Assembly: GCA_028534125.1 (NCBI GenBank)
Contig: CM052825.1
Location: forward strand, 27,652,344-27,716,000
Reading direction: 5' to 3'
DNA length: 63,657 bases
From: Lama glama
Taxonomy: Eukaryota
The notes beneath the pieces were generated by a model that made no database searches, was not told the origin of the DNA, and worked only from the letters and a program-made list of their open reading frames with translations. Positions 39,227-50,684 of this stretch are shown piece by piece. The first letter of the stretch is position 1. The number at the start of each line of letters is the position of its first letter. A program made the position numbers and the translations under genes.

Positions 39227-39729
39227 TGCACGGGAGGAAGAATTTTCCTTTCTTCCCTTTTGGGTTCTTTGGCCGTCCTCATAATTAATTGCCATGAAAC
39301 AAATTAACAGGAGAAAAGCAAATTTCATTTCCTACCTACGGGGGCCTTATAAAAATGGGAGACTCAGAGAAGTGCACAAGGCAGGCAGCTTCTTTATACC
39401 TTTTCGGCGAAGGCACAATGAATTTGTGAAGAATTGACAAGACAAAGAAGTTTGGGCTGGGGGTAGTCAATTAGTGAGGGAGTAGCAAGGTTTGTGTAGA
39501 CAGCCTTCTGGCCCCTAAATGCCACGTCTCTGCGAGAAGGGTGCCTGCTCCCCTCCTGAGGCAGGGAGGGTACCTTTCACGTGGGAGACGGCCTTGCTGC
39601 TCCCAGGGGAACGAAGGAGGGGCAGAGCATCCTTCCCGCCCGGGCTGTTTCTTAAGTAACTTTAATTCAAGATAATCAGTGTGCTTAAGCGGCAGCCTTT
39701 GGGGTGACATAGTCTGCTCATTTCCATCA
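39227..39729 (-). mobile_element. 5' LTR of the provirus
   Basis: Paralogous to 33209-33702, with minus-strand TATAAA at 39393-98. It is followed on the minus strand by a PBS-like tract and a G|GTAAGAG donor at ~39068-75. Confidence 0.85.
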
Positions 39730-39839
39730 CGTGATGCGCTGAATAATATGTAATGGATATAGATACATGTAATAAAAGTGTTACAACTGCAACTCTAAGA
39801 ACTAACAGTTTTGACCCCTAACTACCTGACAGGTCGTTA

Positions 39840-40010
39840 CTGATTTTATCTCACTTAATACTAACGCCAGCCTCGTGGTATCAGAACTGATATGAATCCC
39901 ATTTTCTGAAATACAGAGACAGAGGCCCAGATAAGCTGCCCGGCAAAGCCGCATAGCTCTTCCGTGACAGAGTCAGGATTTGAACCAAGGTCGACTCATT
40001 CCTGAGTCCT
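39840..40010 (-). mobile_element. MIR SINE
   Basis: 'atcccattttctgaaatacagagacagaggcccaga...gacagagtcaggatttgaaccaagg'. Confidence 0.7.
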
Positions 40011-40170
40011 CTCTCTCACGTAGTCTGATCCGCACGCGAAGATGAAATTTTCGTGCAACCCCTTGTGGCATTTTCCCCTCAAATATCGGCCTGAATTATT
40101 TCATCATCTTAATATCGCCAAGTGCCCACTGTGTCACACTCCCTCAAGAGGCTGGTGTACTAATTTGAGA

Positions 40171-40387
40171 NNNNNNNNNNNNNNNNNNNNNNNNNNNNNN
40201 NNNNNNNNNNNNNNNNNNNNNNNNNNNNNNNNNNNNNNNNNNNNNNNNNNNNNNNNNNNNNNNNNNNNNNNNNNNNNNNNNNNNNNNNNNNNNNNNNNNN
40301 NNNNNNNNNNNNNNNNNNNNNNNNNNNNNNNNNNNNNNNNNNNNNNNNNNNNNNNNNNNNNNNNNNNNNNNNNNNNNNNNNNNNNNN
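40171..40387. other. Assembly gap (N run)
   Basis: Run of N. Confidence 1.
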
Positions 40388-41179
40388 GGAGAAGCAGCTC
40401 CATTTAGGGGACATCAGATATAGGAGACGCCGGGAAAGCATGAGTGGCCTCAGAGGAAGAAATAAAAACTCCCTGCGGGAGATGCAAGTTCCAGCCCTGG
40501 TTCCTCTTTCGGCTGACCTTGAACCAGATGAATTCTCCCGGCATCTTATCAGACTGGTACATTTCCTGCTCTAGCCCCCTCTAGGGGTTGTTTTAAGGCA
40601 AAGGTCAAAACCAAGCATTAACAGCAACACAGCAGCCACAAAAACCCCAAAGGAGGCTGTAGATAGGAAAATAATCGTAAGGGCAGCTACACTATTCAAA
40701 CAGGAGACTAAGTGTCTTTTGAGCAGGGACCTGATTAACTGTGAAGCTGCTGGGTGTAAACCCACCTGTCTGCGCCCGGATCTCCTGACCTGCCGTGCCG
40801 TTGCTTAACTGGAGTGCACTAAACTTCAATTTGATAATTGCCTTCTCAAATCCCTTAATGAAGGTGCCTATCAAAATATAAATAATTACCCGGTGATTTT
40901 GTATTTGCAAACGCTACCCTAGCTGTTTATGCTTCACCGTGGTTCAAATAGGAAGTTCAGGGGCCCACCTCACTCTTTGCTAAGTCGTGGAGGCGGGGAG
41001 GGGGGAGATTTCTAGAGGCCAGAGGATGATGGCCCCTTCACAGGGTCCCCACCCAAGGAGTCTGCTTTCACCTTCGCTCCCTCTCAAGGGGAGCCTTGGT
41101 TGGTTTCTCTTGCTATTTATAGATCCAAGGGAGAGCAGCCTTTCTTTCGGGGCTGATGATACAGACATCTTCCTCATCG

Positions 41180-41573
41180 CAGGCTCTGCCCTGGTACTTT
41201 CAGTGGGGAGGGTATAGCTTGGTGGTACAGGGCATGCTTAGCATGCCTGAGGTCTTGGATTCAATCCCCAGTACCTCCACTCAAGATAAATAAAGATAAA
41301 TAAACAAGTTCTGCTCTGGGACTTTGGAGGGGTGGAGTCGGGGGAGGGTAGAGCTCAGCGGTAGAGCATGTACTTTGCATGCATGAGGTCTTGGGTTCAA
41401 TCCCCAGTACCTCCATTAAAGGACAAATAAATAAAGAGCAAGAAACAAGTTCTGCCCTGGGACTTGGGTGGGGAGGGAGTAGCTCAGTGGTGGAGCGCAT
41501 GCCTAGCATGCACGCGATCCCCAGTACCTCCATTAAAGGATAAAGATAAACAGGTTCCGCCCTGGGGCTTTCA
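41180..41573 (+). mobile_element. Head-to-tail array of three tRNA-Ala-derived SINEs (Vic-1-like) separated by a repeated ~20-bp sequence
   Basis: SINE heads at ~41205, 41341 and ~41470. Direct repeat copies at 41180-202, 41306-325, 41447-465 and 41551-573. Confidence 0.9.
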
Positions 41574-43726
41574 AGTCCAGTGGCAACCAGCGAACGGTGC
41601 CAGGGGTCGCTGTGAGCCCGGGGTTAGCAGCTCCTGCACTTGCTTCCTCCTCAGGAATCTGTCTTGTTCTTTGGACACTGTCTACCTTAGCTCACAGAAG
41701 GCACACCCCCCTCTCCCCCCAGACCTGTTCTCTTTCCTATTCACAAAAGCCCATCCGCGGAAGTGCTGGGAATCGTCCAGGAGGCTCAACACCAAAAGCC
41801 AAAAGCCAAAAGCCAAAAAAAAAAAAACAAAACAGAAAAGCGCAGAAACCTTACCCGATTTGGCCGCCTCTGTCGGGCTGCCTCTCTGAGCATGCCGCTG
41901 GAGAGGGGGTGTGTTTATCTGCTGGGTCTTGAAATACATGGAAAGGGAAGCAGCGTCGCTGACAGAAGCCAGGTGAGGAATCTGGGGCTTCCTGCGATGG
42001 TATTTTTCTCCTCCGTACTGCTTTTAAGCAAACTGACTTGTTGAGAGAGTTTGCAGCTGACAGCTCCTCCAGAAGCATTATTCTTAAAAGCTGCACTGGA
42101 ATTATTCACCTCATGTAAAAACAAGTGCGATTTACATCTAATACGGGTAATTACTTTTACAGTTAATTAAAAGCGCTCTCATTAAACTCCTGCTGTGAAG
42201 CCAATGCGTAGCTCTTACTTGCAAACAGACCCTGGGTTTGAGCTCACCTCTGTGACAGATTGCTCCTACCTGAGAGGGGGCTGCCTTCCTCCGTGTCAGA
42301 TTTAATCGTGCTGAGCCAACTGCCCAGGGTGGCCAGGCTCCCGCCAGTGCGCTCTTGTCCCCTGATAACCAAGCTGCAAAAAACGTAGCAGATAGAGGAC
42401 AAAAATAATTCGTGGGACGCAACAGTGTAATTCTCAAAGAAAGAAGTCAAAGTTCAAAAATGAATGCCCTGCTATCTTTATTTACAGAAAAGCTGAGTTT
42501 GGAAATGGTTTTGCGGTCTTTCCTGCTACTGCCCCTCCCCAAAGAAAAATATCTCCCCCCTCCTTAAAATTTGTCCAAACATTTAAAAAGTTGACAATGT
42601 TTCATTCTGACCTAGCCAACTAGACTCCTCTCTTGGTTGAATGGATTTATGTTCAGATCTTAAGAGAGTTTACATACAGTTTTTTTTTCTTTTTTGCCAT
42701 TTGTATCATTTCAAGATACATGGCTCTTAAATTCTCAGCTTTCTTCACATTTAGATTGAAACTTTAGTGTTTTCAGAATATCCTGTACCTGGAAACAGGG
42801 ACCTCTGTCCTACAGAACCTTTTAAAACACATACTAATAAAATGCCTCCTCAGACGATCACATTTCTAGTAAGTAATTATGGTTTATTAATTAAAAGTCG
42901 TTTGAGACAAAATCCGAGGGAGCAGAAAGATTGTGATATTTCAAGAAGTTTACAGACCCCATGACTTCGAGGCCCTGGTATATCGCTTGGTGCTTTTGAT
43001 ATTTTGCATGGGTATTTGCTACCATCTGCTGGCCACTTGTGATGTTGCAGGGGCTGAGCAGATTTGTGCGTGGAGATTATGAAGTGGGTAAAAAGCGTCA
43101 GTGCGAACACGTAATACTATTCTTCGTGTATTCCGGTGACCTTATTTGAGACTTAGTCTTTAGAGTTGAGTGACCAGAGACTGAAGAATTCAGCTAAGAG
43201 GCATACGTGATGTTGAATCTGCACCAACTCTGGGTGCAGGACTCCACAGTCAACTCAACTCTTAAAAAGTTGGGGAGAATCATTATCCTTAAATAAGGCA
43301 ATTAAATTTAGAACACTGATTTAAATATTCAGATTCAAGGACAGTATATGGTATTGGGGAAAGCAGAAAATACATAGCAGGTAGGCCACATGGATTTCAG
43401 TCCCTCTTGTATCATTAATACCAAAGCCACTTCCTCCTACCCTGTCTTTGATGATACCATTTTCTCATATGCAGAAGTGGAAGCATTGAGCCAATGAAGG
43501 GGTCTTATGGCTTATAGTTATTTTCCAAGTCTGTGTCTTTGTGAAGGTCAAAAAAAAAATTAAGATCTCGGATTGCAATAAATCACCGATATGTTCCAAA
43601 TCTTACAATCTAAACTCATATTGGTTGGCTTCTTTTAAACTTGAGGAAATTGTGATGCTCAGAACAATAGAAAACATGTGTCCAAACTATCAGAAAAATT
43701 GCTGTTGAAAAGGAAACCACTTACAA

Positions 43727-44240
43727 TGGAAGGGGAACAGGTTATGCATCTCAAAATGTGCTTCTTGGGCAGGAAGGATTATTGGGGAGTGGTTATTTCT
43801 GAGAAACTGCAGCTGTAGGAGAATCTCTGAAAACAGTAGAAGTCACCCTTTTGTGAGGGAAACAGACCTTGATAGGAAAAAAATCTCCATTTATAGAGAA
43901 GAGTGACTCTAAATCTCTAGAAACTCTCACTGACGGAGAAGGCCGTGACTTAAATCTGGATCACGACTCTACCCTTGTTGATGGTGTCTTTCCTGGTACT
44001 TCTCCTGTGACTGGCCTCCACACACCTGCATCTTCTTTTACCTTCAGCTGGAGATGGTACCCAAGGTGGTGTCTGAGCCCCATCTGGGAGCTTCTCAGTT
44101 CTCCTGGGTATCGTCTGTGTGTACAGGAGGCATACAATCATTAAATGTCTGTTTTCCTCTTGTTAAGCTGTCTTTATGACAGGAGGGGCTCAGCCGGGAA
44201 CCTAGAAAGGTAGAGGGGAAAGTGTTTTTCCTCCCCTACG
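43727..44240 (+). mobile_element. MER34-like solo ERV1 LTR
   Basis: 'tatgcatctcaaaatgtgcttcttggg...ggattatt...gagaaactgcag...tctctgaaaacagtagaagtcacccttttgt...attaaa...tttttcctcccctac'. Confidence 0.8.
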
Positions 44241-44911
44241 TAACGTTGACTCAGAGTTTGAAATGCACTTTTGAATTCTTTTTGGAGTGTGACGACGAAA
44301 CGTATTTTTCCTCCACGTTAGAATCTGTCCACCAGTAGCGTTTATCTTCTGCACGAAAAGAAAGAGTCAAACACTTGGATTTCTTCCCTCGGTAGAGGAG
44401 TAGTTGATCACGAGCCCTGTTTGGACTTGTCGGATGAACCCTTGGCTGCGTCCCCCCCCCAGCTCCCAAGAGACGACTTAAGCTGTGGGTTTTTCCCGTG
44501 AAACGCTCCCTGGGACTTGGCGAGTATCTGAGTCCAGGAGAACACTGCTGGGTCAGAGATGCATTATCCTGGCTTAGGTCTTATATCAATCCTCAGGACC
44601 CTGGTCTTTTCTTTCCGTCACCCTTCCAGGGTTGGTAACGGGTAAGTCACCGATTTGGAGGTCCTGGGGACTGTCTTCTGAAAACACGCGGGCACGGCAG
44701 CTCACGGCCACGCTGGGATCTCTGGGAAGGGCTTTTCCTTCTGCCCCAGACCTTGGGTTATTACACAGGGTGGTCTCCCGAAGGTGCCTTTCTTTTCTCA
44801 GTGCTGAGTAACAGAGTCCCAGACAAGAGAGATCCACGAAGGGAGCTCCCTGAGGCTCTCAATTCCCCTCCTGTGCTTGTTGTCAAAAAAAAAAAAAAAA
44901 AAAAAAAAAGG

Positions 44912-45305
44912 GGTCGCGACCTGGGCACCGCAGAACAACAGAAATGTGTCCTCTCACGGTCCTGGAGGCCAGAAGTCCAAGGTCAAGGTGTCAGCTGGGC
45001 TGTGCTCCCCCAGAAGGCTGTAGGAGGGGATCCCTCTGGCTTCTTCCAGCCTCCAGTGGCCCCAGGCGTCCCTGGGTTTGTGGCTGCATCAGCTTGATCC
45101 CTGCCTCTGTCTTCACACGGCCTTCTCTCCTCTCTGTCTCTTATTGGACTTAGGGCTCGTGCAGATGATCCAGGATGACTCATCTCAAGATCCTTAATCA
45201 TCTTCTCAAAGACTCTGCTTCCAAATAAGGTCATATTAACGGGTTCCAGTGGTTTGGACATGCACGTATTTTTTGGGGGTGGGAGTAACAATTCAACCCC
45301 TTACA
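44912..45305 (-). mobile_element. MLT1B/C-like MaLR LTR
   Basis: 'caacagaaatgtgtcctctcacggtcctggaggccagaagtcc...tggctgcatca...ccaggatgactcatctcaagatccttaa...ccaaataaggtcatatt'. Confidence 0.85.
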
Positions 45306-46702
45306 GGTTCCTAGCTTCTCAGCCTTCGGAATCTCATTGGCAGGGATGTCTCCCCATCTGTCCCCTGGGACCTGTACCTTCCAGGCTCTTCAGAGCTGTG
45401 AGCAACGTTGATCCGTGGTCCGGGATGACAATGTCCCTTCCTCATGGGCAGAAATAGCCCTGACCCACAAAAACCATCAGGAGCAAGCAACACACAAAGC
45501 TCAGGAGAAAAGAGACATCTCCTGTGAGGTGGAACAGCCTCTGAATGGAACAGACACATGCGTGCTGTGATGTCTAAAAGCCAGAGGAACTGAGGAGCCT
45601 GGGAAGAAAAAAAAAAACCAAAACTTTAAAAATAGAGCTGCTTTTAACTTCTCAGTACTCCACTCAGAACCGTGTCTCCCAAGGATTTTTGGAAGATGCT
45701 CTCAATGCGAGCTAACGTTTATCGATGGCTGGCCATGTGCTAAGACCTTGCGCGTATTCACTATGCCTTCCAGTCAATGAGGCAGCTGTTATGATAACCT
45801 TTGTTTTACAGGTGGAGAAACTGAAGCACAGCTGGTAGAGCCCAGGGATTTGGACCCAAGCAGTATGACTCCACAGCATGGGCAGGTTTCCATCTGTTCT
45901 GGGAGCTGAGTGACTGTTGGGGGTTTCCTAGCTACAGAAAGGAGGATGGCTGACTTCTGTAGGGAAATTGACTGCTTGAGGTTGAGTCCATGGCTCCAAA
46001 CTCATACTTAACCCTTAAGGAGTTGAGCTGTTCTCCAAGCGGAAGTCTTCAAGTGAGGAACTTACTCAACTCCTCCGGTTTGGAAAAGGTCAGGTCAGAG
46101 CCCATCTGGAGACACCCGCTCTCCACGGAGCTATCGGAACAATCATTTGTTCCTGCCAAAGTGACATGTTTTCCACTTGGAGTCCAGCATCGTTCAGAAG
46201 CAAGTTTCGTCCCCTGGGTACCTCCCACGTTGCTCTGCAGCGGATGACAGACCAACAGTATCACCTAAAGAGAAAAAAAAAAGAAAAATCCGGCATGGGC
46301 TTAGTGGATTAATCCTGACAAGGATAAATTGAATAATCGTAGGGAAATGGCAAAAGCTTTGGATTCTACCAGATGGCTTCTTTCCATCTGTCCCTTGCAT
46401 GGGTCCTCGGTGGCAGATTAAAAAAAAACAAAAGGTTGCCTTTGCTTTGCTGATCTTGTTAGTCATGCTGCCATTGCTGCGTGGGTCCGTCAGAATCGGA
46501 CATGGACTCATTCTTGCAAACTCAACGTATTTCCACTCGAGGAAGGAAGGAAACTGCACACTTCCCTGGATCAGAGCAGCATCAAATAGGGACTTGCTCT
46601 TCCCTACCTCATTTCTAGATGGCATCTCCTAGGTTTAAAAATAATCCAAGCTTACATCACCCCCACGCCAAGTGAATCTCTGCTTTCTCTCTCTCCCCCT
46701 CT

Positions 46703-46880
46703 GTTTTGTTTTTAAATGAAGTATAGTCAGTTGACAATGTTGCATCAATTTCTGGTGTCCAGCATAATGTTTTCAGTCACACATGAACATACATTTATTT
46801 CTTTCTATATTCTTTTTCATCATGGGATACTCCAAGTTATTGAATATAGCTCACTGTGCAATACAGTAGAAACTTATTTC
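46703..46880 (-). mobile_element. Camelid-type L1 3' end
   Basis: 'tgaagtatagtcagttgacaatgttg...tttctggtgtccagcata...tattgaatatagctcactgtgcaatacagtagaa'. Confidence 0.8.
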
Positions 46881-47064
46881 TTCTCTTTATGCTCCTTAGA
46901 GGATGAATTCAAAAAGAGTTCCAAGTGAGAGGTGGGGCATCTCGCTGCCTCTGTGTCCAAGGTCCATCAGAGACCTCGGCCGTGAGATGAGGAGTCTCTG
47001 AGTGAGAAAAGCGCGACCCTCCAAGCCCTATGGCTGTGCCTTGCGAATAATCTGAGAACCTTGT

Positions 47065-47450
47065 TGTCTAAATCTGCTGGGGCTCCTTTAGCAAAGTACC
47101 GCAGGCTTAAACAACCGAAATGGATGTTCTCACAGCTCTGGAGGCTGGACGTCTAAGGCCAGGGTGGCGGTCCAGTCCTGGGCAGAAGTCTCTTCCTGGC
47201 TAGCTGCGGCACCTTCTGGCTGTGTGCGCCGACGGCCTCTTCTCGGTGTGTCTGTGCAGAAATCAGACACTCTCCGGTGCCTCTTCTTATAATGACGCTA
47301 ATCTTACCAGATCAGGGTCCCTTTCTTATAGCCTCATTTAACCTTAATTACGTCTTCAGAAGCCCTTCCTTCTCCAAACAGAGCCACCCAGCAATTTAGG
47401 GCTTCAACCCACGATGCATTTAGGGGGACATGAACATTCCGTCCATCACA
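47065..47450 (-). mobile_element. MLT1A-like MaLR LTR
   Basis: 'ggcttaaacaaccgaaat...ttctcacagctctggaggctgg...cctcttcttataa...cctcatttaaccttaattac...agggcttcaac'. Confidence 0.8.
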
Positions 47451-47557
47451 CTTGTTAAAATGTGGATTCTGATTCAGTATCTATGGGGTGGAGCCTGAGA
47501 TGCTACATTTAACAAGCTCCCGGTGATACTCTGGTTGCTGGAGGTAGACTCCACTTT

Positions 47558-48582
47558 GGTTTTTTGTTTTTACTGAAGTATAATTGATTTACAGTGTTGT
47601 GTTACTTTCTGGTATACAGCATAGTGATTCAGTTATGCATATTGTAAATACATATTCTTTTTCATATTCTTCATTATAGGTTATTACAAGCTATTGAATA
47701 TAGTTCCCTGTGCTATACAGTAGGACCTTGTTGTTTGTCTATTTTACATATAGTAGTTAGTATCTGCAAATCCCAAACTCCTAATTTATCCCTCCTTCCA
47801 CCCCTTCCCCTTTGGTGACCATAAGTTTGCTTTCTACGTCTGTGAGTCTGTTTCTGTTTTGTCAGTAAGTTCATTCGTGCCATTTTTCTAGATTCCACAT
47901 ATAAGTGATAGCATATGGTATTTTTCTTTCTCTTTCTGGCTTATTTTACNNNNNNNNNNNNNNNNNNNNNNNNNNNNNNNNNNNNNNNNNNNNNNNNNNN
48001 NNNNNNNNNNNNNNNNNNNNNNNNNNNNNNNNNNNNNNNNNNNNNNNNNNNNNNNNNNNNNNNNNNNNNNNNNNNNNNNNNNNNNNNNNNNNNNNNNNNN
48101 NNNNNNNNNNNNNGTGCTGCTATGAAAATTGGGGTGCAAGTGTCTTTTGGAATTAGAGTTCCCTCTGGATATATGCCCAGGAATGGGATTGCAGGATCAT
48201 ACGGTAAACCTATTTTCAGTTTTTTAAGGAATCTCTATGCTGTTTTCCACAGTGGCTGCACCAAATTACATTCTACCAAGAGTGTAGGAGGGTTTATTGT
48301 CTGTGGGCTTTTTAATGATGGCCATTCTGACTGTATGTCATGATACCTCATTATAGTTTTGATTTGCATTTCTCTGATAATTAGCGATTTTGAGCATCTC
48401 TTCATGAGCCTCTTGGCCATCAGTATGTCTTTGTTGGGGAAATGTCTGTTTAGGTCTTCTACCCATTTTTGGATTAGGTTGTTTGTTTGTTTGTTTGTTT
48501 CTTTTCGAGTTGTATGAGCTGTTTGTATATTCTGGAACTTAAGCCCTTGTCAGCTGCATTGTATGCAATAATTTTCTCCCAG
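47558..48582 (-). mobile_element. L1 3' fragment (ORF2 end and 3' UTR), containing gap 47950-48113
   Basis: T-rich tail, then 'tgaagtataattgatttaca...gattccacatataagtgata...gttttgatttgcatttctctgataattag'. ORF 48235-48420 is decayed L1 ORF2 C-terminus ([16 protein letters not shown]). Confidence 0.9.
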
Positions 48583-48764
48583 GTAGATCCCACTTTGAAT
48601 GGCCAGTTCCTTCTATTACCCCTGTTTCACAGATTTGGGAACCGAGGCTTTGAAAGGGGAAGAATCTTGCCGAAGGCCGCCCAGCTGTTACATGGGGGAG
48701 CCACACTTGGGGTGAGGGACTCTGATGTCAGGACTGGAACCACAACACTGTCCTGCAGCCTCAG

Positions 48765-48912
48765 CCCTGAGCCCACAGTGGATCCCCCAGACACAGATCT
48801 CTGGCCCTCGCCCCAGAGTTTCAGATTCACTAGGTCTAGGAAGGGGTCCAAGAATATGCAGGTGCTGCTGCTGCTGCTGCTGGACTGGGGACCACACCTG
48901 GAGAATCACTGC
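48765..48912. mobile_element. MER5A-like DNA transposon with an internal (CTG)n
   Basis: 'ccccagagtttcagattcactaggtctagg...ccaagaatatgca...ggggaccacacctggagaatcactg'. Confidence 0.75.
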
Positions 48913-49139
48913 TGTGCTGCTTTTCTAGACATTCTTGCTTTAGATGACGCTGCCTCCCAAGAAAAGGATGACACTTGTGGCTTGAATTACACAGACCAGC
49001 CACCATGACTTAAATAAGATCACCTGAAAGAGCTGGAAAGTTCCTGGTGTCAAGAGACCCTGGAAGACATGAGCTCCATCCTTGTGTGACCCATGGTGAA
49101 TTACCTAATCACCCACTTCAATTTTCATTCAGTAAAACT

Positions 49140-49992
49140 AGTCAAAACCACAGGGAGGTACCACCTCACACCTGTCAGAATGGCTGTCATCAAAAAGTCT
49201 ACAAGTAACAAATTTTGGAGAGGGTGTGAAGACAAGAGAACCCTCCTACACTGTTAGTGAGAGGGTAATTTGGTTAACCACTGTGTTAAACAGTATAGAG
49301 TTTCCTTAAAAAACTGAAAATAGAACTACCATATGATCCAGCAATTCTATTCCTGGATATTTATCCAGAAAAAACCCCAAAGCANNNNNNNNNNNNNNNN
49401 NNNNNNNNNNNNNNNNNNNNNNNNNNNNNNNNNNNNNNNNNNNNNNNNNNNNNNNNNNNNNNNNNNNNNNNNNNNNNNNNNNNNNNNNNNNNNNNNNNNN
49501 NNNNNNNNNNNNNNNNNNNNNNNNNNNNNNNNNNNNNNNNNNNNNNNNNNNNNNNNNNNNNNNNNNNNNNNATCTAGAGAATATGCTAATATGCTAGAGA
49601 GTATGCTTACTGACATAAACCAGACAGAAAAAGACAAATACCACATGATATCACTTAGATGTGGAATCTAAAAAAAAAATAATACAATGGAGTATATGGG
49701 CAAACAGAAACAGGCTCACAGATATAGAAAACAAACTCATGGTTACCAAAGGGGAGAGGGAAGAGGAGGGGGTAAATTCGGGGTATGGGATTCACAGATA
49801 CAAACTACTGTGCATAAAATAGATCAGCAACAAGGCTACGTTTTACAGCACAGGGAATTATGGTCATTGTGTCATAATAACTTTGAACGGAGCATAAGCT
49901 GTAAAAATACCGAATCACTATGCTGTATACCTGAAACTAATATAATACTGTAAATAAACTCTACTTCAATTTAAGGGGGGAAAAAAAAAGAA
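49140..49992 (+). mobile_element. L1 3' fragment, containing gap 49385-49571
   Basis: 'taccacctcacacctgtcagaatggct...tagaactaccatatgatccagcaatt...aaagacaaataccacatgatatcactta...ctgaaactaatataatactgtaaa' followed by an A-rich tail. Confidence 0.9.
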
Positions 49993-50684
49993 AGAATCCA
50001 ACTTTGTTTGGCTTGTGGGAGTTTAGAGACAAGAGTGAAAAACACCTTTTAGAGTTTCTGGCACTGAAGGTACATTCAGTCGCTGCTCAGGGCTTCAGTC
50101 CCATTTTAGCTGGTAGCAAAACAGAAACTGTTGCATAGAAAATGCAGTCTTTGCCTGGTGACATTGTCTCCTTTTATGCCACTCTGGATTCATGTGGACC
50201 TGGAATTTGCTGTGCTAAATAAATTACTATGGTGATGGCCTTCCACTTATACCCACACTGTCCTAATGATGCATTGGCAGAGGAAACCCGCCACTTCTGG
50301 GTGAGAGAATAAGCCTTTCTATAGACCCGACTTACCCAAGGTGGAGGCACTACTGTTTGCGGAGCCCTGCACCATCCTGCCACACCCATAGTCCCCCACC
50401 GCCATTGCTAGCACGCTCAGGCCATTGGAATGGTCCTCCACCCCCATCTTCCCCTCACATCCCATGTCCGGTCTTTCATGACATCTGTTGGTCTAGCCAC
50501 ACGCTGACCCCCTTGCCACCACCTCCCTGGCCACCATGCGTGCCAGACCCCATTATCTTATACCTGAACTCCTGCAGTATCCCCCACAACTGGTCTCCCC
50601 TCTTGCCCTTTTGGTCCTCAGTTGTCTATTCTGTTAAAACAGAAGCCAGATAATATCTGTTCTCTCTTCAAACCCCCTGAGTAA

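Larger units (their letters stand above)
33209..39729 (-). mobile_element. Non-autonomous ERV1 provirus (MER34/MER4-group-like): LTR-internal-LTR
   Basis: Two homologous ~500-bp LTRs (33209-33702 and 39227-39729) share 'caggagaaaagcaa', 'gaatttgtgaagaa' and 'ctgtttcttaagtaactttaattcaa'. The internal region is AT-rich and MER4-group-like. There is a PBS-like tract beside 39227 and a PPT-like tract beside 33702. No intact gag, pol or env ORF. Confidence 0.85.

Noticed and set aside
41341-41415. tRNA-Ala(TGC)-like gene
   Set aside because: It has SINE-specific head and tail, an A-rich tail, flanking direct repeats and mismatched stems, so it is a tRNA-derived SINE copy.
41180-41573. CRISPR array
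   Set aside because: Eukaryotic context, the 'spacers' are homologous SINEs over 100 bp, the repeats are degenerate, and there are no cas genes.
47713-49953. ORFs resembling 'hypothetical proteins' (e.g. [26 protein letters not shown])
   Set aside because: Decayed L1 ORF2 and 3' UTR translations, some extended artificially through N-gaps.
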